Shown here in pieces: positions 25,451 to 38,577 of a DNA stretch of 64,000 nt. Under the pieces are notes generated by a model, which saw only the letters and a list, made by a program, of their open reading frames with translations, did no database searches and was not told the origin of the DNA. Location of the stretch: NCBI GenBank assembly GCA_038496445.1, contig JALMLS010000183.1, positions 73,982 through 137,981 of the forward strand, read 5' to 3'. A program made the position numbers and the translations under genes. Every line of letters starts with the position of its first letter. Positions within the stretch are counted from its first letter, which is position 1. Origin of the DNA: Trichosphaerium sp. ATCC 40318. Lineage: Eukaryota > Protista > Tubulinea.

Positions 25451-27258
25451 ATGACCGATTATGACACAACACACCTTATATTCTCTCGAATAAAGTCTTT
25501 ACTAGTACTATGCAGAGCTGGTAACCTCAATAAAGCTTTATTTTTTGTAATTTAATTTAAAAATAGCTTGTGTGTGTAAAGAATGGAGTGTGGTAGCGTC
25601 AGATGACATTTTTTGGCAAACTATATTAAAAACCACAAGTTCGTCGTTTAATGAACGTTTTGGTATTACCGCTCGTGTCAGTACATCTATACAAGTACTA
25701 TTACCTCATTATAGCTTAGAATTTTTGCAAATTGGAGTATACGCCTATATACTTCGCAAACGACTTTAATTCTCGCTTTCGGAGCCATGACGTCACACGC
25801 CAAGTTGAAAAAACAGGATATCACAGAACACCGTTACATGTATTGGGTAGCAAGTCCCTACAGATATCATCAAGAGTGTTAGGTGCTATAAACACTATTT
25901 TTTACTGTTTTTAACCGTTTCTGTAAGCCAATCAACGCGTTTTAAACTGCTACTTCGCTGTCCATACTGCACTTATCAGTGACGCTTGTACAGTCCTTGG
26001 AGCGCTATTAACAGATAATGCAGCAAAGCCTAAAGGTACGGATCTACGCTTTTTGGGTCGTTTAATAATTAAAACACTAACAGAAGGCGCCTCGAAGCTG
26101 CCGTCAGTGTATAAGAAACGGATTCTTGAGTTAAAAGACGTTGGTTATGATTTCAAAAAACCAATGTTCCGTTGTGATCCTACATCTACGCCTTTAGCGT
26201 GGTGTTTGAAGAATGAGAAGTATATGTGGTTCAGATTCCTTATTAAAAAGTGTGACCTTGATCCTCTTCAAGCTCGATTGGATTTATTCTGTAGTTCACC
26301 TACGGCATCTAATGATGGTGTGAAGATAAGAAATTTCATTGTTAGGTGTCTTAACGAGCGAGGTTGCAAGAACGAACTTGAAAATATTTTTTTAAGCGCA
26401 TCCAAATTTGGGAATTTAGATCTGTTGAAGTACATCAAGGAACGTCTTGATATACATGTTGATATACTCACGAACGCGGCCTTGATGATGGTACAACAGG
26501 TTGTTACATTATTGGATGGAAGACCATTCTATTTAGAGGATTATTGCTACTTTAGTCAAAATTCTATTTCTACTTTAAAATACCTTTTCAAAAACGGGGC
26601 AAGTTTTAATAAACTTGATAAATATGGTTTATCTGCAAGATCATGGGTTAATATTATATCTTCCTCTATTAAGCCTATATCAGATAATATTAAAACAATT
26701 GTACGTATATATATTGAAACGAATAGTTCAACGTTAGATTATACTGATTTAATTGGATTTTAGAGTCAGTTTGTTCTTTCAAATAGTAAAGATATTCCAG
26801 GTTCAAGTGTCATGTGTCAAATGTGTCATGAAATTCATCCTCCTGGGAAACATGAGTGTGTTACTTATTATACACTTGAAGATACAGATAATGAAACAAG
26901 GGCTTTTAGAGCAAAGTATTATGAATTTCGTTTGTGGCCGGATAAAACTTTTGGATTTGAAGAAAATACTTATGTTGAGACATCCCGACATAGTTTTAGG
27001 AGTTTATCTCCTTATTCAGGTACTTACAAATTGGAACGTAATATTGGGGATGAGCCTTGTAGTATTGTGTTCGATTTTGATGATAAAAAAGGGTGTTGGG
27101 TTTCAGACACGTTCTTTAAAACTGGTAAACCGCACACCGTTTCTAGCACGAGTATTGTTTTATTGCCTGAAACGCACGTGTTTTCGCGTTTAGAAGATGT
27201 ATCAGAGGTTAAATCTGCGAGGCCAGGCTACTACACTCATCCAATCGGAAGATTTTGA
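25451..27258 (+). CDS. F-box plus ankyrin-like repeat protein with C-terminal Cys/His-containing domain
   Basis: IFSRIKSLLVLCRA|ACVCKEWSVVASDDIFW (F-box); ASKFGNLDLLKYI and LKYLFKNGASFNKLDKYGLSA (ankyrin); GTACGT intron at 26701-26763 joins the CQMCHEIH...HEC exon in frame. Confidence 0.65.
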
Positions 27259-27374
27259 GAATAGACAATAAACTGTCAGCACACCAGACTAAAGAGTAGA
27301 TATTTATTTGAGCTGCCATAAAAAATAAAATGTTTGACATTTTTTTTGCTCTTCATTTTCTTAACAATGTCAAT

Positions 27375-28532
27375 TTACGTCCAGCTATTAGGTTTAACAA
27401 ATACGTTCGGTAATGAATCAATACATTCTTTTGAGATATTGATACATCCAGTCATATTTAGGTATACAACTGACTTCAAATGCTTGATACCCTCATCAGT
27501 TATATTACAATAGCATAATGTAACTTTACGAACATGGCCCAGTGCTTTCAACCCATCATCTGTAATATTTGTGTTTGAAAGATTAACTTCTGTAGCAGAC
27601 TTAAGATGTTTAATCCCTTCGTCTGTTATGTTTGTAATACTCAAATCAACAACTTTTGCACCTGCCAAATACTTAATACCCTCATCTTTTATATTTCGAC
27701 ATTTCATCAAATAAACTTCATTTATACCAGAGAGATGTTTGAGAGCTTTATCTGTAATGTTTGTACAAGACAAATCAATTTTAGTTAAAATGTTTCCATT
27801 TCCTTTTATGAACGCCTCTACACCAACATCTGTCACTTTTGTACCAGTCAAATTAATCTCATGAACACCTTTAAGATATGATATACCCTTATCTGTTATT
27901 CTTAAACAATAACAAGCAATTATAGAGTGAGTACCACTTAACCCTTTTAAGCCATCATCATTGATATTTGAATGGCTTACATCTACATTATGTACACCGC
28001 TGAGGTGTGCGTAACCTTCACCAGTGATGAGGGGACAATCATAGATATCTACAGTATGTCCCAGCAATTGCTTTAAGTCCTTCGTTTGTTATATTGTTAC
28101 ACTCCCAAAGCGCTATAGTATGCGCTCTCGCTAAAGACTTTAGACCTTTATCTGATACACAACTGTTAAGTTCAATATGTATATTCTGTATGCCCTCTAG
28201 TGCTTTCAAGTGTTTATCTGTTAGAATAAAGTCATATGTACCAAAAATAACCTTTGTATTGTTTAGATGTAATAGTGGGCTGTCACAAATAAGTTCAAAG
28301 CCTTCTTGTGATGCTATACGAATACACCCATAGCCCACATGATAATGTATGATGTTTGAGAGTGTCCAACACGTTTGCGCTGCAGCGAACTTTGTATTGT
28401 TCAAAAACGATAAAATATGCCCTAAAATCTCTGCTGGCAAGTCTATTAACGCAATATCAGCTAGAACTCTTATAAAACAACATTAGTTCAAAAAAGGTAC
28501 GAAATAACATCAACAACATACGTGGCTTGCAT
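27375..28532 (-). pseudogene. F-box/LRR (AMN1-like) protein with an internal frameshift (pseudogene or assembly error)
   Basis: LIDLPAEILGHILSFL F-box; ~22-aa ITDEGIKHL...VDLS repeats; two overlapping ORFs (28039-28440, 27375-28067) with no intron at the junction. Confidence 0.7.
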
Positions 28533-28896
28533 GGTAGACAAAGAACGAAGCAACATTTTGTTTCGTTAAGTCAATAAGTTCGATTCCTTAACAGGATCAC
28601 ATTTTATGTGAAAGAAACGGTTACAGGAAGGTAAAGAAGTGAACTTGGACAAAAGTCAACCATCATTGCAACGCAGAATGTGACTGTTACACGTCACTGC
28701 GACATTGATTATTAGCTTTCACTTCATACACAAAATAACTCTAAACAATATTACCATGATGGACACGATTGAAGTTAAGCATTCTGATTTTTTTTTTACA
28801 GTGGTTTTTGGTATTTTTTTTTTGTTGGGCTACTAATAATACTATGGTACAGTTTAGTTCTTTTTCTATTCCCTTTAAGATAACCCTTTTGTTTTG

Positions 28897-31800
28897 TCAG
28901 CCTATCAATAACTTACTCAAGTGCATTTCAGCATACTTGACAAAGCAGTCACCATCAGAAAGAATTATCTTGTTAAACTCCTTGATAGAACGCGTCGAGT
29001 GTAGATGTTCAAAAACGAAATTCACAATATAAAACCTCAAGTGAGTCGCATTATATAAGTTAGCTAGCTCCCAGATATGAGTAGCATTGTTCTTATCAAT
29101 AAAATTTCGTAAAAAATACGAGCAATAGTGAGCAAGAGCATTCACATTGAACTTATCTAAAAAAAAAAACCAATCAGCAAAGAATTAAAAAAAAAGTGAT
29201 CAAGCAGGTGCGTTAGCGTATCAATTTATGCATACCTGCGAGCACCAACATATCCTCGGCATCTTGCATTGTACTGAGGTTTATTTTTTTGGTGTATAAA
29301 AACTCAAGGAGTCTTATAAACAGTTTTCGTGGTACGTCATTTATCGGTATCGTAGTCATTGAACTCTCCTTCATACCATTCATCAATAACGTCTTGAAGT
29401 ATGTACAACGAGATGTTAACATGAATTTAGAAGCGTGTACAGGCGCATCACATCCCTCCACTGTACATGGAAGACAGTAAGTAAGCGATCAAGAAAAAAA
29501 CTTGAAAAAAAAAACCAAACAGTAAGTTTGGGCGTACATATAAATTTGACATCTGAAACGGTTTCATCATTGACACCTTCTGAAAACTCAAGAGAGGGCT
29601 CAACTGGTTTATAATACAGATTCTGTGAATCGAGAGGAATGTTCCGCGTCAAAACACGGATACTCTCAATCGCTGCAGCATAGTCTGCCTCCTCACGTAG
29701 ACCAGCGAGTAAGTCTTTCAAGTAACCCTTAGAAACGAAGCTGTGTACCGCTATAGATAAAAAAAACATTAGCTTTTTAAAGCACGTGGGGTATACAGGC
29801 ACACAAATCAAAAACAAAAAAAAACGTACGGAATTCGGCATAACGATCTTTGAAAAGGCATGGAGCTAGTACACTTGTTTCACGGCGGAATACTGTTCTA
29901 TCTGTGTTTTGCTTAGCACCAAGAAGATCATGAACTATGAGGATGTTAGAATAAGGTGATATCAGTGTATTCCAAGTGGGATTGTCATAGTCATTGTCAT
30001 TGGTACCAAATTTTCGAAAATTCGTGAGTATAAGGTCTAGGCATCCCTCTGTAGCTTCTTCCCTTGGTGCTTTTAAAATTTTGGTTCCCATGGCATATAT
30101 TGAGTTTATCAGGGAATCTATAATTCAAAAATGAGATTAAACAAAAAGTAAATAGGAAGACGAACGTGTTGTGGCTCGTTTTATACGTGTTCCAAGCTGT
30201 TCAGTAAAGAGCTCTAAAATCGCCTTTACTGCAAATGAGCACACAAGTTGTTGGCTGCCATTTGCAAGGACAATATTTAGTAAAGGTCTTAAAGCCCGAG
30301 CCTTGATAAGAGCATCACGAGAGCTCGCTAGCTTAGAAGTAAGTATTTTGTAATTATTTTACAAACGCTGACATTACCTTTCTTTGTCATGTAAAAGAAA
30401 ACACTCGACAGATATCTAGTCTATGTAGACATGTAAGAATGATAAATATACACTATCAACTTACAATGCTAGAATCAACCTTGTGATACCTCTGTGCAAT
30501 TCTACACAATAGCTGCAGGTTTTTATCTGTAGCTATCCTATCCTTGTTTTTGTCTGAAAACAACCGGATAAGCACATTCAACTATGACACAATTGCAAGC
30601 GTACCATTCTTACTGAGGTTCCTTAAAGCGCCGGCGCAATGTTTAAGCACTTCGGTATTATCACTATGTTCGTCCATCAACCTCATAATATCTAAACAAA
30701 AACGGTTAAAATTTCAATTTCAAAAAAAAAAAAAAAAAAGGACAAATGCCAAGGACAACAAAAAGAAAAAAAAACCAAGAACTAACCAGGGATACATGTG
30801 CCAATAAGGAGCTGTTGTGTAGCTAAGAGATATCCAATTAGTATGTCAAAAAAGTGGAAAAATTAGAAGTCTTGTAGGTACGTACTTGAACGGGCTAGGT
30901 TTCTTATAGTCGCAACAGCACGCTTTTGAGCGTTTGCATATGATTTCTCTGCATTTAGAGCTTTTAAAACAATACTAAACCCATTGGCTGCAGCTATTGT
31001 CTGACCAATCTCATCTGTACAAAAAAAAAACATTTAGTTTTTACCCAAGTGAAAAAAACGCATTTAACGTACCATGAGCTGCAAGGTTCTGCAAAACACC
31101 ACATGTGCTCTCAACAACTTTAGCCTCTTCATAGTGCCTGTCAAGTACACCAAGTAATATATCGACGCCAGAGTTATTCGCTACGGTGAGTTTATTGTCA
31201 TCTAATACAAAAGAAATAAGAAACCAAATATTGTAAAAAAAAGCTTGTTGGGGTGTTACCAGAATGCAAAATAATATTTTGTAGTGCACCACAACAATGA
31301 AGTACAGCCTCAGCATTGACTGTATCGCCTTTAGAAAGTTCTTTTAAACATTTTAGAAGCGTTCCGATACACTCAGACCTTCCAAGAGCGACACGAAGCT
31401 CCGCTGTAATACAAAAGTAAGTCAAACAAAAAAAAAAAAGAAGGTGTCATCAATACGCACAATCATAAGCCATATGTTTCAAAATACCACTACAACCCGC
31501 TGTGTATTCAACATTATTTGGATACGTGCTAAGAAGACTCATGGCAATTCTACCACCGCCACATTTGTGAACAACTCTGACGTGGCCAATAATGCATATT
31601 TCGAATATTACTGTTATACCACCCTTCTTAACACGTGTGCAATCGCTTGTGGTAATGGATGATATTATTTCAGGCAGTATAACATCCACACAATCTTCAT
31701 TTATCTGTGCAGAACAAAGACGAACGAGAGTTCTGCAAACTTCAAAAATTTGAAGAAGATTGTCGACTCGAGGAGTACCAGCTGCAGTAAACTCCTTTAT

Positions 31801-32659
31801 TTTTTCTATTAATGCGTCCCATAACTATAAGGTATCATATTAATACAAAAAAACAGAGGTAAAAAGCGGGAAAACTACAAAAAAAAATTCAAATGAAAAA
31901 AAAAAAGCAAAAAAAACGTTTCCAAAAAGAAATTAAAAACGATCAAATCAAGGCAGTTATATTTACTTTTTTGCTCAAAGTGTGTTTGTTTTTTGATTGA
32001 AAGGGGAAAAAAAAAAACCCAAACGTTTTTTCTCGTTAGCGTGTGCGTACCTCTTTAGAAGGAGGTTCCATATCGCGAGAATCGATACTTGTGAAGTGTT
32101 GCAAGAAGTCCCATCGTTCTTCTTGTATATTCTTTAATAATTGAGGTTTTGTGCAACAGATTGCGTCTGCCTCGTTTTGAGAATCATTAGGACCTCTTAA
32201 CAGTCTTCCATAGAATGGTGGCACTACAAGGAGAATCAACAGAGGTTGTCAAAATAGAAAGACATGTTAAACAAGGCTATCAAAGGCAAGAAAAAGTTTT
32301 GGCGCCTATTTATGGCAAGATTATACAGTATGCGTTGCGTACTTGGTGAATCCCTTGGTGTTTGCGATTCTTGAGATAGAAAGGGCCCGTTTTGTACAGG
32401 CTTGTCCTTCACACCAGAACTTGCTGCTCGCGATTTTTTTCGCGGCGTCAAGCATTCCTACTCAATTTTTAGCTCAAATAGCCGTTTTTTTTTTTCCCGT
32501 TTCATGGTAAAAGATAGGATCAATATCAAAATTAACGTATATAACGCTAAAGCGCGGTATGATAAAAGCAATACGTGCCACAGTCGGTGGATCCTCGCGT
32601 TTACGCTTGCGCTGGCGAGTTGCGAGGAACGGACGTGGTATTGAAGGTGTTTTATCCAT
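28897..32659 (-). CDS. Armadillo-repeat plus BTB/POZ domain protein (multi-exon; start uncertain)
   Basis: ARM repeats (NVEYTAGCSGILKHMA, CCGALQNI, VESTCGVLQNLA); BTB SDVKFI|VEGCDAPVHASKFMLTSRCTYFKTLLMNGMKES...LLEFLYT; BACK-like tail. Confidence 0.85.
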
Positions 32660-32881
32660 GTTTCAGTAGCATCTGTTCACCAGTCATAATTTTGTAAATT
32701 CTGGGTACCTGACTTGACTGGCTAATCGCAGACTTCGTTGAAAGTAAACGACAGGCATACACACGTGCATACGTACCTATCGCAGTCACCAGTTCTGCAT
32801 GATTGGCCATTGACTTAACTTGTTTTATAACAGCTTTTTTCCCATCAGTTAATAGCGGCTCCTGAGCGTATATTACCCTCC

Positions 32882-33941
32882 ATGGGCAACAAGACTACTT
32901 TATCGAGACAAGAGCAGGCTGCCTTTAAAAAAACTTACAGCTGTACACAATTTGAATAAACGTTGTTGAATGCACCTTAGTGCATAATTTAACGCGAAAT
33001 CTACCCTTTTGTAGTTTTCTTGCTTTTTTTATGCTAATTTGCATCTTAGTACCGCGAGGGAAGTTTAAATCGATGGTAAAAGCGTTTAAACGAGAAGCAA
33101 AACAAAATAAGGGCAAGATTACCCGAGAACAATTTTTAAACACCTATGCACGTCATGGTATCATGGATATTGAACTGGGTAATCAAGTATTCGATTCATT
33201 TGATAGAGACAAAAACGGGTACAAATCTTTTTTATGTATTCATTCGTCGTGAAACCTCTCCTATTCGTAGATTGAGCGTCGTAGACTCAAACGCCGGTTT
33301 TTCAATAACTACCAACTTTAAACCGTTTTACTCACAACTCTATAGACTTTTAGATATTCGAGAGTACTTATCACTTATGGGAGTTGCATATGGCGGTACT
33401 TTAGAGCAAAAATTAAAAGGTGTGAAAATAATTGCCAAAAGCCATTTTAAATACTTGCCACATACTAATTTTCCAATCAACAGCTTCTTTCGAAGTGTTT
33501 GATAAAGATGGTGATGGAGAATTGAGCAAAGACGAAATCCGTGATATCATAGTGATTATAATCAAACAAATTGAGAGAACAAGGCTAAGAGAGGGTTCAT
33601 CCAACCCTTACATTACTGGAGAGACGCCAGTACGTACATCTAACAAATTTATGGACGCAACACGTTAGGATGTTAATGCATGTCCTATTATGGAATTATG
33701 ACTTAATTATATTGCACGTGTAGGTTACAATCGACAAAGACGGACAAGCTAAAATTGAAAAGATGTTGAACGAAGTTTTTGATGTTGTTGACACAGATGG
33801 TAGTGGTACAATAGATGAGGATGAGTTCATAACCGGGTTCAAAAAACATGGAGGTATGTCACTTACACTCGCAGTTTAAATTTAGAAATGAACGACTGAC
33901 ACACTTGGATAGACGTATGTGAATTTTTTAATCAGTTTTAA
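32882..33941 (+). CDS. N-myristoylated EF-hand protein, neuronal-calcium-sensor/calcineurin-B-like
   Basis: MGNKTT start; EF loops DRDKNG|LLDIREY, DKDGDGELSKDE, DTDGSGTIDEDE; GTLEQKLK|ASFEVFD. Confidence 0.85.
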
Positions 33942-34111
33942 CCAACAACGCCTACTCCCCCAAACCCACACACTGTTTTCATCAAGATGTGAACTATTGT
34001 ATTTGTAATATAGATTCAATAAATACATTGTTTCGAACCAAAAGGTCTCAACTGTTTACTAGTGTGTCACTCAGTTTTGTTTATTATTTATTGACATTGA
34101 CTTTGTTAGAG

Positions 34112-37100
34112 TTATGCTGTAACCAAGTTGAGTATTTCTTTTGAAACAAGGTTAACCTTGGTATTGGCGTTTGTTGAGTATGTTTTCAGTTGCGATTCAA
34201 AAGTCTGTGCTACACCACCACGAATGGCTTTTTGACCATGAAGCAGTGTTCCAACTGCCACAAGGCAATTGTATAATATATCAGCATTCTGAGTATCGCT
34301 AGCAACTTGTCTCATTACCTGAAAAAGTTGATGGTTAATATCCAATTTTCTCATCTTAAACAATCTTGACAACAGAAAATAGACGTACAGTAAAGCTCGA
34401 TGATATAAACCTAACTGAGATACTATTATTGTTCATCTTTGACAACATTATAGCCATACTACGCCAAAATATTAGTCTGTTATGAGGTTTGTAATCAAAA
34501 AAAAAAACAAACTTTGGTACAAGCCAAAATATGTGAACGTACTTTATCATACAAGTACTGAGCTGCGATAAAAGAGATCTTTTAGATTTTTCATTAGTGC
34601 AAAACATGCCAATTACAGCCTACATAACAACAACATTTTAGCAAAAAATAGTGAACAGTGCACGTGAGCAGTACTTTATCAATTGTCACTTCAATCAGTT
34701 TTCTAGATCCTTCAAAAGCAAGGGCGTTTGTCATAACTCTCAGTTTTAGAAGTTTTATAGGAAGTGAGTCATCTTTGAACTTGAGAAGAGCAGCAATCAA
34801 AGAATCTTTTTCATCGTTAAACTTTAGGCTACAAAGAATTTTGTTCGCTGTTTTGTTTACAAGAGCAGCACGAACCAAGTCCAGAGCTTTTTTTGAAATA
34901 AGTTTTAGAAACCACAGTATATTTAGGAAGGTACCAGGAAACATTTTGTTTTGTGGCCAACTAGATATAATTTTTTGTAGAGGTTGAAGCATTGACATAT
35001 TTACCGAATCATCAGACTCAATTGCTTTGACCAGTGCTTTCAATCCATTAAGTTCATCTTGAGATAACCTGAGTGCTGTATCTACCTAATACAATACATA
35101 AATTTAAAACCAAAAGATGGAAGGAATCAAGTACTTGTCCTTGGAATTGTACTAGCTTTGACATTATCGCTTGAAACTTTGTTGCTTTTTGTACAACATA
35201 CTCCTTCTATGACCGATTAGATTTTGTTCAAGACAAACAAAGTGAATGTTAAATTTGGCAGCGAAGGATCTACGCACAACAGGAAAGTGACGGGGATTTG
35301 AGGCACTAGGACCATCTGTACCACAAGTCATAATAGATCCACCAGCTGTAAAGGAATATTACTATACAAATTGGCACAAAACTGACGTACTAGAAAATTG
35401 CCATGAAGTAATATCATGCGCTACAATAACCCTTTAGTAATCCCATAATAACACAAAGGTGCGCTTACCTTGATTCAACCCGCCAGTACCAGCAGTGAAT
35501 CCAACAAAGGCTTCTTTAGCACCAACACAAGCAGAGACATCAACCTAAGAATTGTTTTTGAATAAAGAGTTAAACATTTTCGGATTGTGTTGTACCTTAG
35601 CATGAACCACCAGTTTTTCGTTAAGGAATACTTGTAATACACCTCCTCCTGAAGATATTATTCTAACATTATGTAGTGCACCTCCATTAAGCTTTGGAAT
35701 ATCGCCACTGCAACCCAAAGAAAATTTATGATGTGAAGAATTAGGCTTATCTCTTCGTGTATGTATACTAACAAATAAAGTCTGTTAAAATAATTTCTAG
35801 TTGAGCCTTGCATTACCTAATATGATTGCCACTAGGATCCTGGCAACGGTCCCATGTTTCGTATGTATCAAATTCAACAGCGACACTAGCACATATTATT
35901 AGCAGAACGTCACTTCTAGAATGTCCTTTACCTGTGTGGGATACCACCATATCCCATATCGCAACCACCACGACCTATTGCTCGAGCTGATTCATTTTGT
36001 ATGACCTAATAACAGCCATACATTAGCAACAAACACTTGAATAAAAAAGGGGAATTCAAAAAAGTACAAAAGCAAATCCATCAGCGCCACTACCAGATAT
36101 TTGTGCTGAAAAACAAACTACAAATGGATCTGCGATATTAACAGCACTGCTTGACCAAGCAGCACCAACTTTATCATTCGCAGCTGGTGTTAATCTCAGT
36201 CTATCACCTACATGCATCTATTAAACTTGAGCCTAACATCACTTCCCATACCAACAACGCGAGCATCACCAACACACGTAATTGAAGCGCTACTAAAAGA
36301 AGATACTTTGAAGACTTCTTTCGCTTGTTCCAGCTCTAAAGAAAATAAAATTAATCACGTGATGCTTGTCCCTTTCACTCTCTAGCCAGAAACGCACTTA
36401 GTTTTGCAATCTTTTCTATAGCTTCCCCCATCTCTCCGCGCTGTTTTCTCCATGCTTCTGAACCAGAAACTCTTCCACCATAAGCACCTTGGTTCAAATG
36501 TGCATTTGCATTCGCTAATTCTTCCAACTCAGCCAAACGCCTTGATGCCACAAACTGGCTTCGTGATTGTGGCATGTTTGCAAGATAAAATTGGTTGATT
36601 TGGGCAAGAGTATGTGTCAACCACTCCTCTGAAACCTCAAGGAAAAAATGAGCAATTTCAAGAAACTAAAGAAAAAGGTACAAGATTTCTTCTTGACATC
36701 ATTTCTGGAGCGCCATAGTTAGATACATATCTTCTTGTAACATCAACCACTTCTTCAGCTATACAATAATGCTATTTGAGGTGAATTATCATTGAAAATG
36801 ATGCGTACAGGAAAACGCCAATACATAATTAAGTTTTTTTTTCCATCCCTTGTCATACAACAAGGCACAATCGTAACTTGCTTCACAAGAGTCACAGTGA
36901 ATCCACCTCTTTTGATCAGTACTATAAACTTCTGTCCAGACATGATCAGACCAATCCCTAACATATCGAGCATCATAACCAAGTGCACGACAGCATAGCG
37001 TGAAGCTAAAAGAAAAAATGTTAACTCAGATTTTGCCAAAAAGCAGCCTACCAATTGGCATACTCGCCACATCGTCCTTTTCGCGTCTGAAGCAGTTTCC

Positions 37101-37787
37101 CAGCTGTTCAAGTATAAGCCAAAAGGGTAGACTTTGATTCCATGTTTTAAAATAAAATCACGTGCGGTTGTTATAACGAGGGAAGCGAGTGACAGTTGGA
37201 CACAATGTACATTTGTATATTTCAACTCTACCAGCACCATGTTTCATGTCATCAGGTGTTGGTTGACCCATACCTAGTTGGTTTGTCTTGCCCTTTAATA
37301 ACATACTCAGTAATCCACAATAAAGACATGAGGATATTAGTCATTAGGTACCTGACAAAAGTGGCAAGGAGGGGCGTTGACCTTTGTTTCAGAAAAAATC
37401 AGTTTAACTTTTTTTTGAGAACATTGTCTTATTTTTGTTGAATAGTCTTTTTTTAAACGGCTTACCCATGTAAAAAACTCGTTTTTCCACCATTTTAACA
37501 ACTGTACTATAAATTCGTCTTTTGCTGAAGGTAATTTATCATCATTCGCTTCAGCGCGTTTTCTTAGCTCATCTATGGGAATACAAGACAATGCTTGCGC
37601 CTAGAATCGATTTTGGTTAAAATAAATCTAAACCAACACAATTACGAACAAATTGCTTTCTACAACGCAACCACGCGTATTGCGTCGCATGAAGCTAATT
37701 TAAACAAAAAATCAAAATACTCACCTGTAACACCTCATCTTCGTAAGCTAAGACTTGCATTCTACAATTCTCAATGATGCTCTTCAT
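34112..37787 (-). CDS. PNG1: Cytosolic peptide:N-glycanase with C-terminal legume(L-type)-lectin and PUL domains
   Basis: YEDEVLQ|[20 protein letters not shown], CxxC pairs, RFPRYNN|[52 protein letters not shown]; then lectin ([24 protein letters not shown]) and PUL (SWPQNKMFP|[16 protein letters not shown]). Confidence 0.9.
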
Positions 37788-38577
37788 TTTCACTGCTAAT
37801 AAGTTCTATTTGATTGCGCCTTGGAAATGTTTTTTGTTATTATTAATACCCACAAATTTGAATTCAACTTATTTCAACGTTGTGTCACTCGTTTGTTGTC
37901 AGCCCACATTAGTCGAAAGTAGTGCCAACTATAGCAGAGATACGTGAAAATACAATCACGTGTTAAACGGATCAGTCCATTTGGGTTGATGGTAAGAGAT
38001 GGCATGCGAATGCTCAACTTGAAGAACAATGTATGTGGTTCACTGAGTAACAACATGGCGAAAGTAAGGGCTGGCATGAAGATGGTGCAAGAATGGACAT
38101 CGTGTTGGAGGATTTGTTAAAGCATTTGTACTTCTTTACTCTCGTCATGGAAGAATCATAGCACAGTAGTTTTGCTTACTTGTACAAAAACACAGCTGCA
38201 ATTGTTCACAGTTTTCTCACAGTTGTTGTTTGGCATACGCTAAGCATTTCATTCACATGATCGATAAAAGCGATTGTAACGCCCTCAGGACACAACGCTC
38301 AAAACTGCTTGAAATTTCGCTAAACTACGCAAGCCCATTTGCAGTGGCTTTGTGTCCTAGTGAATAAACCACCATAGAATTGTTGAAAGGAACTCACAAT
38401 TTTAAAGGTGAAGGCCTTCTGTTGCCATAATTAGGCTTACAATACTATTGAATAAGCCTTTGGGCGCATACAAGATCACTTTTATAGCTTGTTATGCTTG
38501 AACGCTATGAGAAAAAGGCGTCAACTTTTTATGTCAACTTTATTCAAAGTTTTCAAAACAGTTGTATATCTACGACC

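Noticed and set aside
26812-27258. Separate 148-aa gene
   Set aside because: A GTACGT...TAG intron (26701-26763) joins it in frame to the upstream F-box/ankyrin gene
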